Source: a bacterium
GTDB taxonomy: Bacteria; Zhuqueibacterota; Zhuqueibacteria; Oceanimicrobiales; Oceanimicrobiaceae
Direction of reading: 5' to 3'
Length of the DNA: 43,401 bases
NCBI GenBank assembly: GCA_046757525.1
Contig: JBHHYI010000012.1
Location: 1 to 43,401 of the forward strand
Shown: piece by piece, positions 26,391-36,365 of the stretch
Layout of the letters: each line of letters starts with the position of its first letter
Numbering within the stretch: position 1 is the stretch's first letter
Program-made: the position numbers and the translations under genes
Notes under the pieces: generated by a model
The model's database searches: none
Seen by the model: the letters and a program-made list of their open reading frames with translations, nothing else
Told to the model about the DNA's origin: nothing

Positions 26391-28276
26391 GTTTCCACGA
26401 GGCCGTGCCTTCGGCGTATGTGCTATGTCTCTGCTGCCTGGGGCTGGTGGCATGCCAAAACCACAAGCAGCCCGTTTACAGCAACGTTCGGGTGCCACAA
26501 TGGTCAAAAAAAGTTGTCTGGTATCAGATATTTGTGGAGCGATTCTACAACGGCGATGCTTCCAACGATCCGCAACTCAACGATTTAAAGGGTTCCTGGC
26601 CACATGATGTTCGACGGCCCTTCAAGATTTCAAGCTGGACCGGGGATTGGTACGCTCTGCAACCCTGGGAAGACCCATCAAAAGACTTCTACTATCATGT
26701 TCAACGACGTAGATATGGAGGAGATTTGCAAGGGGTTCTTGACAAATTGGACTACCTGCAAGCGTTGGGGATTAACGCCATCTATTTTAATCCCCTTTTT
26801 GAATCGCCTTCGTTGCATAAATATGACGGCGCTACTTACCATCATATCGACGACAATTTTGGCCCCGATCCCGCAAGAGATCGCAAGCTCATTGGAACCG
26901 AAGTCCCCAACGATCCCCACACCTGGGTTTGGACTACGGCGGACTCTTTGTTTTTGGTGCTGGTCAAAGACTGCCATAATCGCCACATCAAAGTTATCCT
27001 CGACGGTGTTTTTAATCATGTGGGACTGAATTTTTGGGCTTTTCAAGATGTGCTCAAACGCCAAAAAAAGTCGAAGTTTGCAAATTGGTTTACCATTAAG
27101 CAATGGGACGATCCCAGAACGGTTGAGAATGAATTCGACTATGAAGGATGGGCGGGTGTGAAAGAGCTACCGGAGATTCGTGAAGATCAGGAGGGCCCGG
27201 TGCCGGAAGCACGCGAATACATCTTCAGTGCGGTCAAGCGGTGGATGGACCCCGATGGCGATGGGGACCCTTCGGACGGCATCGATGGTTGGCGCCTGGA
27301 CGTTGCGGAGAAGGTTGGCAAACCTTTTTGGCGCAAATTCAGAAAGCTGGTCAAGAGTCTCAACCCTGAGGCTTATCTGGTCGGTGAGGTTTGGTGGCAG
27401 GATTGGCCCCGGAACAAGATGTTTGACGCCAGTCCCTGGCTGCAAGGCGACCTGTTTGATGCGGTGATGAATTATCGCTGGGCCAAAGAAGTGGTGCACT
27501 TTTTTGTCGATCACAACAACAAAATCACCGTCACAGAATTCGATACAAGGTTAAGGAAGTTGCGCGAGAATTATCCCGCGGAGGTCAATTATTGTTTGAT
27601 GAATCTGTTGGACAGTCACGACACCGACCGCATTGCCTCGCAAATTGTCAATCCTGACGGCGACTACGACCACGCCGACACTCCCCGCGACGATCCAGAA
27701 TACAAGATTCGCAAGCCCAACCGCGCCGAGGTGCAGATTCAAAAGCTCGTGGCGTTGTTCCAAATGACCTATCTGGGCGCCCCGATGATTTATTATGGTG
27801 ACGAGGCCGGGATGTGGGGTGCGGATGATCCTGATTGCCGCAAGCCCATGCTGTGGCCAGAATTTAGCTACGCGGTTGAAAGCTCACATCCCTTTGGCAA
27901 GCCACGGCCAGCCGACGCCAATGAATTCAATCATGATTTGTTTGAACACTACCAAAAACTGATCGCCATCCGCCAAGAACATGCGGCTCTGCAACTCGGA
28001 GAGATTGCCACCGTGGTGACCGACGACGCGAAGGACGTTTACGTTTTCAAACGATTTACTGAATCCGAAACGGTGATCGTTGCGCTGAACAATTCGAATC
28101 GAAGCCAATCTGTTCTCATTCCCACGCAGCCAATCGGCGGCAGGGCAGGCTGGAGGGACCTGCTCACGGGCAAGCCATTCAAAGCGAAAGACGGAGCTTT
28201 GACAGTCACAATGGGGCAAAAAAGCGGCTACATTTTGGCCCAAAATCCGAAACCTGGAGACAAGGCGGCTCAATGA
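26384..28276 (+). CDS. GH13 alpha-amylase/neopullulanase-like lipoprotein
   Basis: Lipobox LVAC; WYQIFVERFYNGD, GGDLQG, DGVFNH, GWRLDVA (nucleophile), VGEVW, DSHD, YYGDE, DDPDCR. Start codon uncertain. Confidence 0.93.
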   Translation: MLSFHEAVPSAYVLCLCCLGLVACQNHKQPVYSNVRVPQWSKKVVWYQIFVERFYNGDASNDPQLNDLKGSWPHDVRRPFKISSWTGDWYALQPWEDPSKDFYYHVQRRRYGGDLQGVLDKLDYLQALGINAIYFNPLFESPSLHKYDGATYHHIDDNFGPDPARDRKLIGTEVPNDPHTWVWTTADSLFLVLVKDCHNRHIKVILDGVFNHVGLNFWAFQDVLKRQKKSKFANWFTIKQWDDPRTVENEFDYEGWAGVKELPEIREDQEGPVPEAREYIFSAVKRWMDPDGDGDPSDGIDGWRLDVAEKVGKPFWRKFRKLVKSLNPEAYLVGEVWWQDWPRNKMFDASPWLQGDLFDAVMNYRWAKEVVHFFVDHNNKITVTEFDTRLRKLRENYPAEVNYCLMNLLDSHDTDRIASQIVNPDGDYDHADTPRDDPEYKIRKPNRAEVQIQKLVALFQMTYLGAPMIYYGDEAGMWGADDPDCRKPMLWPEFSYAVESSHPFGKPRPADANEFNHDLFEHYQKLIAIRQEHAALQLGEIATVVTDDAKDVYVFKRFTESETVIVALNNSNRSQSVLIPTQPIGGRAGWRDLLTGKPFKAKDGALTVTMGQKSGYILAQNPKPGDKAAQ

Positions 28277-29970
28277 AGCGTCTGATTGCTAAAAAAATCT
28301 GGCTGCTCATGGTTGCCGCGTCCGTTGCCGGCGGACTGCTGCAAATGTCATGCGGCACCGGCAACCTGGAAACCGACAAGGAAACGCTGGCCGTAATCGG
28401 GGAGCGGGTCATCGACAAAGCGGACTTCATGAAACGCTACGAGTATTTTCGCACGAAAACCGGCCAGGGCGTGCACGATAATCTCGAGACACGTCGGCAG
28501 GTGCTGAACAATTATGTCGATGAAGAAATTCTCATCGCGGAAGCCGAACGACGGGGTTTTGCCCAGGATGAACAGGGCTTATTTGAAAGAGAGCGCGTGG
28601 AGATGCAGGAGCTGCTCAATGCTTATTACCAGGAGAAGATTGCAAGCAGAGTCACGGTTAGCGACGCTGAGCTGAAACGACTTTATGTGCGTTTGAATAC
28701 GCGCGTAAAAGCCCGCCATCTTTATGCGCCAACCAAACACCAGGCAGATTCGTTATATGCTTTACTGCAAAATGGCTCCAATTTCGGAGAGCTGGCCAGC
28801 CTGGTCTTTAAAGATCCCAGGCTTCGTGACTCCGGTGGCTTGTTGGGCTACTTCACGGTCGATGAAATGGAGCCTGCCTTTGAAGAAGCCGCTTACAGTC
28901 TACGAATCGGCGAGATTTCAAAACCGGTGCGCACTTCCGACGGCTACAGCATCATCCGGGTAGAGGACCGTGTCACCAAACCGCTGCTAACCGAATCTGA
29001 ATATGCCAGGCACAAAAACAAGTTGGCTGCATATTGGAAGCACAGAAAAATCAGGCAGGCAACTGCGGCTCACGTGGATTCGCTGAGAAAAACCCTGAAT
29101 ATCGTGTTCAACCAGGAGGTGGTCAGGAAATTGTACGCCGAGTTCAAGAAGACCCAAGACAAAGCTCGGTTCCTGGAAAAGGGGTTTTCAGACTTGCACA
29201 GCCATGAGTTGCTGCGTTCGCGCTTCGGCGCGTGGACGGTTGCAACCTTCCAGCAAAAGGCCCGCTTTACTTCGACCACGGAACACCGTTGGATTCACAA
29301 TCAACAGCAGTTTGAAGATTTCATTGCGGGATTGGTCATTCGGGAGTACCTGCTGCAGCGGGCCAGAGAAGCCCGGTTGCACGAGCGGCCCGAGTATTTG
29401 CAAAAAGTAAAAGCGGACCTGGATGGCTTCCTGCTCGAACGCATGGAAGAGACCCTCAAGGGTGAAATGGTCATCCCGGAAGATTCCCTGCGCAGCTATT
29501 ATAACGAAGATCCCAAACGCTTTGCTACACCGCCGGAAATCAATCTACGAGAGATCGTCCTTGACGATGAAACCAAAGCAACGTTGGTGGCCGACAAACT
29601 CGAGCACGGGGAATCCTTTGCAGAATTAGCCAAAAAATATTCGGTACGAAAGTGGAGCGCAGAAAAAGGCGGAGAATTAGGCTTTCTCACCCCCCAGTAC
29701 CTGGGACGGTGGGCGCAGACGGCCTTCCTTCTGAAGGTTGGCGAAAGAGCCGGGCCGCTAAAAATGGATTCCATGATCGTCTTCTTGCAATGTATTGCCA
29801 AAAGGAGCGCGAAGATTCGAAGTTTTGACACGGTGCGCGATGAGGTGGAAAGAACCGTTCGCTATCTCGCCTGGGCAGATTATCGCCGATCGAAAATCAA
29901 AGAGATTCGCCAGTCCATGGAGTTGGTGAAGGTCTTCCCGCAACGCTTAAAGGAGATTAAGTTGAAATAA
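28273..29970 (+). CDS. SurA/PrsA-like peptidyl-prolyl isomerase lipoprotein with two parvulin domains (module B)
   Basis: Lipobox-like QMSC; KARHL...GGLLG...EISKPVRT..GYSII; FAELAKKYS...GGELGF. Same architecture as 7104. Confidence 0.88.
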   Translation: MKRLIAKKIWLLMVAASVAGGLLQMSCGTGNLETDKETLAVIGERVIDKADFMKRYEYFRTKTGQGVHDNLETRRQVLNNYVDEEILIAEAERRGFAQDEQGLFERERVEMQELLNAYYQEKIASRVTVSDAELKRLYVRLNTRVKARHLYAPTKHQADSLYALLQNGSNFGELASLVFKDPRLRDSGGLLGYFTVDEMEPAFEEAAYSLRIGEISKPVRTSDGYSIIRVEDRVTKPLLTESEYARHKNKLAAYWKHRKIRQATAAHVDSLRKTLNIVFNQEVVRKLYAEFKKTQDKARFLEKGFSDLHSHELLRSRFGAWTVATFQQKARFTSTTEHRWIHNQQQFEDFIAGLVIREYLLQRAREARLHERPEYLQKVKADLDGFLLERMEETLKGEMVIPEDSLRSYYNEDPKRFATPPEINLREIVLDDETKATLVADKLEHGESFAELAKKYSVRKWSAEKGGELGFLTPQYLGRWAQTAFLLKVGERAGPLKMDSMIVFLQCIAKRSAKIRSFDTVRDEVERTVRYLAWADYRRSKIKEIRQSMELVKVFPQRLKEIKLK

Positions 29971-29986
29971 TGTCAACGGAGTTAAG

Positions 29987-32752
29987 ATGTTATCTGTCAA
30001 GTATGCTTTAGTGGTCATGATGGTGCTTTGTGCGACCGGGGTCGGGTTTGCACAGAAATTTGGCAAGATCGTGGGCACAATCGTCGATGGACAAACCGGA
30101 GAGCCGCTGCCAGGGGCCAATGTTTTAATCGTCGGTACGAATATGGGGGCTGCTACCGATCTCGAAGGTCACTATGTGATTTTGCGCGTGCCACCAGGCA
30201 CTTATGATTTGCGTTCACAATTCATTGGCTACGCCGCCGTGGTTACCCAAAACGTTCAAGTGTTGACCGATTTGACCACGACCATCGATTTTAAGATGAC
30301 ACAGGAGGCCTTGCAAGTTGGCGGCCAAGTGGTGGTCGTGGCGGAAAGGCCGATCATCAGGAAGGACCTGACCTCTTCGGAGGCTCGCGTGCAGGCAGAG
30401 GAAATCGGCCGGTTGCCGGTGCAGGACCTGGGGGATGTGCTGGATCTCCAGGCAGGGATCAGTCGGGATGCCGGCGGTGGACTCCATATTCGTGGGGGAC
30501 GCTCCACGGAGATAGCCTACATGGTTAACGGCATTCGCATCACCGATGATTTCACCCGTACGCAGGCGTTTCAGGTAGAGAATGAATCCATTCAGGAGTT
30601 GCAGGTCATCAGCGGCACGTTTAACGCTGAGTACGGGGAAGCCCTGAGCGGCATCATAAACATCGTCACTAAGACCGGCGGCAATGAATTTCATGGACAT
30701 TTCGAGGGCTGGACCGGGGACTACGCCAGCAACCATGACGACCTATTCTTCAACATCGATAATCTTAACGCAAGCGATCTTTATAATTTTCAAGGGTCTC
30801 TGAGCGGGCCCATCATCAAAGACAAGGTAACCTTTTTTGCAACCGGCAGAAGATGGGTCAATGATGGCTGGCTGCTCGGGGCCAACGCCTTCAGTCCCCA
30901 GGGACGACTTCAGGTGATCAACGGCGACACGGTCAAGGTTCGGGGAGACAGCAGCGCAGTTTCCATGAATTTTAGGAAACGTTGGAGTGGGCAGGCAAGT
31001 TTGGAATGGCGTATTGCTGCCCCGCTCAAACTCAAGATCGACGCTCTCGGCAGCAAGGAAGATCGGGGAAATTACAATCACGCGTTCAAACTCAATCCCC
31101 GCGGGGCTCGTGGCGATGAAGACGACGGTTTCACCATCATGGCCAATCTGACCCATGCATTGAGCAGCAACACCTTTTATGAGCTCACCTCTTCCTACAA
31201 GAGGAATGATCTCACTTCGGTTCTTTTTGACGATCCCTTTGATCCGCGCTATGTACACCCGGACTCTTTGAACACCGGGGCCAATCAATTCATCCGCGCC
31301 GGAACGGATTTGGCGCGCTTCAACCGGCACACCAAGACCCTGATTGAAAAATTCGATGTGACCAGTCAAGTCACCAAGCGACATCAAGTGAAGACCGGCG
31401 TCGAGCTTAAATTTGACGAAGTGTTCGTAGACGAATTTACGCTGGTGCCTGCGGAAGACGAAACCGGTCAGCAAATTCAACCTTTTAAGCCAGAGATTCG
31501 TCCCGTCACCGAGCCAACCCATGACCGCATTAAACGCAAACCTTTTACCTTTGCGGCCTACATTCAAGACAAGATCGAATACGAAAGCCTGATCATCAAT
31601 GTTGGATTTCGTTTCGATTTGTTCAATCCCAAAGGGAAAGTGCCAGTGGACTTGACCGATCCCAACATATTCAACCCCTTCAAGCTAAAGAATATATTTA
31701 AGGATACGAACGGAGATGGCGTCATTGGGCTGGACGAACAAACAGATGACAATCGACTATCTTTGCAAGAGAGGCAAGCGTTCTGGTACCGCAACGCCAG
31801 TCTGAAGACCCAGCTCAGTCCAAGGTTAGGCATCGCCTATCCCATTACCGACCGAGGCGTGATTCATTTCTCCTTCGGCATCTTCCGGCAAACGCCGGAT
31901 TTTGAGCAGCTCTATCGCAGAGACGAGCTGAAGGTAACCTCCGCGGCGGGTACCCAGGGCCCGTTCGGCAATCCGGATTTAAAGCCGCAAAGGACCACCA
32001 TGTATGAGTTGGGCCTGCAACAACAGCTAACCAGCAATATCGGTGCTGATATCACGATTTACTATCGAGACATTCGCGATTTGATCACCACCACCGAGGC
32101 GCCAATTGATGCTGCTCTTGCCGGCGTCGCCTACACTCGCAAGACCAATCGGGACTTTGGCAATGTGGTAGGCACCACCTTGTCGCTAAGCCGGCGGTTT
32201 GCCAATCATTTTTCATTTAGCCTGGACTACACCTTCCAGGTCGCCGAGGGCACCAATTCAACGCCTGAGGAAGAGTTTTTTGCCTTGCAGGGCGGCGCTG
32301 AGCCTACGAAGCAACTGACGCCCTTAGCCTGGGACCAGACGCATGCGGTGAACGCCAGCTTGTTTGTGGGCGCCCGGGATTGGGGCATTAGTTTGATCGA
32401 GCGTTTTAACTCCGGCCAGCCTTACACGCCTCAAATCGTCACCATCGGGCGCACAGGCCGCAACATTATCGGCGGCCTGGAAAAGAACAGCCGCAGGAAA
32501 CCATCGATTTTTACGGTGGATTTGACAGCGTTCAAACAATACAATTTCGGTCCCTACAAAATCAGATTTTTTGCAAAAGCCTTCAATTTGTTTGACGCCA
32601 AAAATCCCGTGACTGTTTTTGGCGATACTGGAGAAGCAGACTTTACCTTTAACCAGTTGCAGTCAACTTCTGCGGATCCTACCTGGTTTGTGAGACCGGA
32701 CTTTTACTCGGAGCCGCGTCGCATTCAGGTTGGCGCGAACGTTGGTTTTTGA
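29987..32752 (+). CDS. TonB-dependent receptor (module B)
   Basis: GKIVGTIVDGQTGEPLPGANV, HIRGGR, ISGTFNAEYG, SPRLG, GNPDLKPQRT, RPDFYSEPRR...F. Paralog of 230. Confidence 0.93.
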   Translation: MLSVKYALVVMMVLCATGVGFAQKFGKIVGTIVDGQTGEPLPGANVLIVGTNMGAATDLEGHYVILRVPPGTYDLRSQFIGYAAVVTQNVQVLTDLTTTIDFKMTQEALQVGGQVVVVAERPIIRKDLTSSEARVQAEEIGRLPVQDLGDVLDLQAGISRDAGGGLHIRGGRSTEIAYMVNGIRITDDFTRTQAFQVENESIQELQVISGTFNAEYGEALSGIINIVTKTGGNEFHGHFEGWTGDYASNHDDLFFNIDNLNASDLYNFQGSLSGPIIKDKVTFFATGRRWVNDGWLLGANAFSPQGRLQVINGDTVKVRGDSSAVSMNFRKRWSGQASLEWRIAAPLKLKIDALGSKEDRGNYNHAFKLNPRGARGDEDDGFTIMANLTHALSSNTFYELTSSYKRNDLTSVLFDDPFDPRYVHPDSLNTGANQFIRAGTDLARFNRHTKTLIEKFDVTSQVTKRHQVKTGVELKFDEVFVDEFTLVPAEDETGQQIQPFKPEIRPVTEPTHDRIKRKPFTFAAYIQDKIEYESLIINVGFRFDLFNPKGKVPVDLTDPNIFNPFKLKNIFKDTNGDGVIGLDEQTDDNRLSLQERQAFWYRNASLKTQLSPRLGIAYPITDRGVIHFSFGIFRQTPDFEQLYRRDELKVTSAAGTQGPFGNPDLKPQRTTMYELGLQQQLTSNIGADITIYYRDIRDLITTTEAPIDAALAGVAYTRKTNRDFGNVVGTTLSLSRRFANHFSFSLDYTFQVAEGTNSTPEEEFFALQGGAEPTKQLTPLAWDQTHAVNASLFVGARDWGISLIERFNSGQPYTPQIVTIGRTGRNIIGGLEKNSRRKPSIFTVDLTAFKQYNFGPYKIRFFAKAFNLFDAKNPVTVFGDTGEADFTFNQLQSTSADPTWFVRPDFYSEPRRIQVGANVGF

Positions 32753-32790
32753 CGAGCACAGGGCTTTAGTTTAAACAATCGGGAAAAAAT

Positions 32791-35700
32791 ATGACCAGAA
32801 TACAGATGAATGTTAAGGGCTTAATCGTCATGGCCATACGATACGCGATGATTATTACCGGTCTGTTGGTTGCGTTGAGTATTGAAGACGGTTTTGCCCA
32901 GATTCTGCAACACATTCCTTCTGACAATCGAGGCGACCCTAATTTCAGGCGCAAAACCAACATCGATGGCAACAACGTCCGCGCAACCGTTTTCAATTTT
33001 GGCTTTAGCGGGCGAACCGCAGTCAGGCCGGATGAGATTCCTTACGAATGGCCCAAGAATACCGATCGGATTTATGTGGCGTTGGTGGCAATCTGGAAAG
33101 CTGGCGAAGTGCTCGATGAAGACGGCAATGTAATACAGGTGGTCGATTTTCCAACGTTTCGGCAAAGCCCTTCGGGAACTTCCTGGAACTTAGAGCCGGT
33201 ACCGGGATTCTTGAATCCTGATGCCAACTCCATCGCACGCAGCGATCGGCCTGAAACCTGGCCCTCTGCCGCCCAGGGCGGGTGGCGCGACAAGCGCGAC
33301 GACCCTATTGATCCCGGCTGGATCGGTTCGTGGAATGGTTTTTTTGGCAAGAACGTATTTAACGCCGATCAGGAAATGTTCTACCGCACTTCCGACGATT
33401 TGTACACCCGTTTTAACTACATTCCTGATGAAACCGATCCCACGCGCGGAGGGCTTGGACTCCTGATGGATGTGAGGGCCCTGGCCTGGTCTCAGGTCCT
33501 GATCAGCGATGTGGTCTTTTTTATTCATGACATTCTAAATGACGGAACCAAGCGAATTTCCAAGGCTTCCTTTTTAATCTGGCTGGCCGACATCGTGGGC
33601 AACGACTCTCAGGACGATGAGCCGTTTGTCGATTTGCAGTCCAGCATTGTCTTTCTCACCGATGCTGACCGCGTGGGCGATGAGGCCTTCGGCACGGATC
33701 CGGTGGGATTGGCCTCGATAAAGTTCCTGGAGACCCCGGGCAACCAGGTCGATGGCATCGATAACGACGGCGATGCCGATTTCTTTCCCGACCTGCTGGC
33801 CCGTATCGATGGCGATCCTGCGGTGAGGGTTCCGATTTTTACTGCCGCCGATTTTGAACCGCGCACCCTCATGCCCGGCGACAAGATCGTTCTGATTGAT
33901 TCGTTGACTTTTGAGCGCATCGTCACCCAATACCCTCAAGGCGGCGGCACGGTGAAGACGTTGGGCCGAACCATTGAACTGCCTCCGGGCGGAATCACGG
34001 TTGAAGAGGATACCGTGGCCAACCTATTGGATGAAGACCTGGACGGCCTCATCGACGAACGGTTAACTCTGCATTTGGAGCGCTTTGACGAGGTCACAGG
34101 CACGGTGCGAGCCGTCAGATTCATCAACTACCTTTCTTATGACGTCGGGGATACCCTGAAGCGCGGCTTTATAGTGCCGGGGGTGGCCACGCCCCAATCC
34201 TTTGCAACAGTCGCCCCCATGATCGACGAGTCCCGCGATGATGGCTTTGACAATGACAACGATTGGAATGTTTTGCAGGACGACGTGGGCCTGGATGGGG
34301 TGGAAAGGAACGGTGACCCGGGAGATGGGGATGGCAAGCCCACCTCGGGTGCCGGAACCGATTTTCCCGGAGAACCCGACATCGACAAAACCGATGTCAG
34401 CGAGACCGATCTCATCGGATTGACCTCGGCCATCCAGGATCCGGCCGGCGCGATTAATTTTAGCAGCATCGCCGATGCTACCGTGTGGCGTAAATTCATG
34501 ACGCCGGGCCGATTCTTCTTGCCCAGGCCGACCGGCGAGTACGATACCTACGTTTCTTCCGGGTATTTCCCTGTCGAGCCCGGCCAACGTCAGCGCATGG
34601 CCATTTCGATTGCTATGGCTGGCGGCGGCATTACCAAGGAAGCCGACCTGGAGAGTGCTGAACAGAAACAAAAGCAGGCACGCACCGCTTTCGAGTCCGA
34701 TTACCAATTTGCGCAAGCCCCCTTGCAGGTGACGGTTAAGGCCGTCCCGGGCGACGGGAAAGTGACCCTCTACTGGGATGACATTGCTGAATCCTCTGAG
34801 GATCGCTTCATCAAACGACTGGGAGGTCAATTCCGCGACTTCGAAGGCTATCGCATTTTCCGGGCCACGGACGCCGCCTTTTTGGATGCCAAAGTGGTCA
34901 CCGATGCCCGGGGCATTCCAACTCTGTTGCGGCCGATCGCTCAATTCGATCTCGTCGATGGCATCCAGGGCTTGCACCCGGTAGACATAAATGGGGTCAA
35001 GTTTGATTTGGGACGGGACACAGGCCTGGTCCATTCTTTTATCGACAGCACGGTCACCAATGGACAGCGCTATTTTTATGCGGTCACAGCCTACGATTTT
35101 GGTTTTGAGGCCGGCAACATCTCCCCAACGGAAACCCCGATCAATGTGGACGTGGATCCGCAAGGTAATATTGAAACCGGACCCAACGTTGTCGTGGTGC
35201 GGCCACGAGCACCTGTGGCCGGCTTCCTTCCGGCTCAAGTGACGGAGTTACAACATGTCTCTGGTAGTTCCACCGGCAAGATCGGGTTTCAGATCGTCGA
35301 CCCGCGCATCATCAGGGACGGCCATACCTATGAAATCACCTTTCAGGATACGGTGATTCAGGGTAAGATTGTTGACATCCTGACCACCAAGAACTTCTCG
35401 GTTTACGACCTTACCGCCAACGAACTGAAATTAGAGAAAAGCACTCTGCTCAACAAGGGCGATGAAGTCCCTCTAATCGACGGTTTTCGGTTGACGTTCG
35501 TCAACGAGGAAAAAGTTCAGTTCAACGAGATAAGATCGGGCTGGAACAACAGGGACGTGTTTTCGTTTCAATTCAGCCCCGTGCAATTTCTTACCATCCA
35601 GGGCGAGCAGCGCCCGAACGATTATCAGGTAGCCATCGGGGATGTGGGCGTGGCGACCTCAAAAGACACTTCCATACTTTTTCTGCCTTTGCCGGCCAAA

Positions 35701-36339
35701 GAAGTTAATTTTCAGGTTTTCAACGTCTCCGAAAACAAACCGGTCGAATTTGCCTTTGCTGAGATCGATGGTAACGATGGCCGGTTTTCTATCGACCCAA
35801 AGGATGCTAACTTAACCGACACGATCTTCCTCCTGGAAGAAAACGACCAGGGACAACTGGTCTATACCTGGCAGATCACCCTGAATCTCATCCCTAACGA
35901 CGGCCGGAACCCGGCACCTGGCGACACCATGAATGTTTTCTTGCGCAAACCCTTCCTGTCGCGTGATGTGTTTCGTTTTACCGTCAAGGGGGAGAGTTCG
36001 TCGAACGAGCTGGCGAAACAGGAGCTGGACGATATCCGCGTGGTCCCGAATCCTTACGTTGCCGCAGCGCGCTGGGAACCGCGAAATCCATTCTCCAGCG
36101 GACGTGGACCGCGGGAGCTGCATTTCATCAATCTGCCAAAGAAATGTACCATTCGCATCTTTAACGTCAACGGTGTTTTGGTTGACACCATTGAGCACGA
36201 CGATGTTCTTGACAACGGCACGGCCATCTGGGACATGTTGAGCAAGGACAATCTGGAGATTTCTTACGGCATCTATATCTATTTTCTGCAGGCACCGGGG
36301 ATCGGGCAGAAAAAAGGTACCTTTGCCGTGATTAAATAG
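32791..36339 (+). CDS. Large secreted DxDxDG-rich protein with atypical C-terminal sorting domain (module B)
   Basis: Collinear with 2968: WNGFFGK.VFNA, LE.PGN..DGIDND, AVPGDGKVTLYWDD, HPVD.NG.KF, VVPNPYV...CTIRI...FAVIK. Confidence 0.85.
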   Translation: MTRIQMNVKGLIVMAIRYAMIITGLLVALSIEDGFAQILQHIPSDNRGDPNFRRKTNIDGNNVRATVFNFGFSGRTAVRPDEIPYEWPKNTDRIYVALVAIWKAGEVLDEDGNVIQVVDFPTFRQSPSGTSWNLEPVPGFLNPDANSIARSDRPETWPSAAQGGWRDKRDDPIDPGWIGSWNGFFGKNVFNADQEMFYRTSDDLYTRFNYIPDETDPTRGGLGLLMDVRALAWSQVLISDVVFFIHDILNDGTKRISKASFLIWLADIVGNDSQDDEPFVDLQSSIVFLTDADRVGDEAFGTDPVGLASIKFLETPGNQVDGIDNDGDADFFPDLLARIDGDPAVRVPIFTAADFEPRTLMPGDKIVLIDSLTFERIVTQYPQGGGTVKTLGRTIELPPGGITVEEDTVANLLDEDLDGLIDERLTLHLERFDEVTGTVRAVRFINYLSYDVGDTLKRGFIVPGVATPQSFATVAPMIDESRDDGFDNDNDWNVLQDDVGLDGVERNGDPGDGDGKPTSGAGTDFPGEPDIDKTDVSETDLIGLTSAIQDPAGAINFSSIADATVWRKFMTPGRFFLPRPTGEYDTYVSSGYFPVEPGQRQRMAISIAMAGGGITKEADLESAEQKQKQARTAFESDYQFAQAPLQVTVKAVPGDGKVTLYWDDIAESSEDRFIKRLGGQFRDFEGYRIFRATDAAFLDAKVVTDARGIPTLLRPIAQFDLVDGIQGLHPVDINGVKFDLGRDTGLVHSFIDSTVTNGQRYFYAVTAYDFGFEAGNISPTETPINVDVDPQGNIETGPNVVVVRPRAPVAGFLPAQVTELQHVSGSSTGKIGFQIVDPRIIRDGHTYEITFQDTVIQGKIVDILTTKNFSVYDLTANELKLEKSTLLNKGDEVPLIDGFRLTFVNEEKVQFNEIRSGWNNRDVFSFQFSPVQFLTIQGEQRPNDYQVAIGDVGVATSKDTSILFLPLPAKEVNFQVFNVSENKPVEFAFAEIDGNDGRFSIDPKDANLTDTIFLLEENDQGQLVYTWQITLNLIPNDGRNPAPGDTMNVFLRKPFLSRDVFRFTVKGESSSNELAKQELDDIRVVPNPYVAAARWEPRNPFSSGRGPRELHFINLPKKCTIRIFNVNGVLVDTIEHDDVLDNGTAIWDMLSKDNLEISYGIYIYFLQAPGIGQKKGTFAVIK

Positions 36340-36365
36340 TTGGGATTTTACCGGAGCGAAATCTT

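Noticed and set aside
34063..35238. 391-aa minus-strand ORF, and similar long antisense ORFs at 425-1210, 5140-5973, 9554-10402, 30743-31567 and 41483-42364
   Set aside because: They lie wholly opposite well-supported genes and show no recognisable motifs. This is the expected shadow of codon bias.
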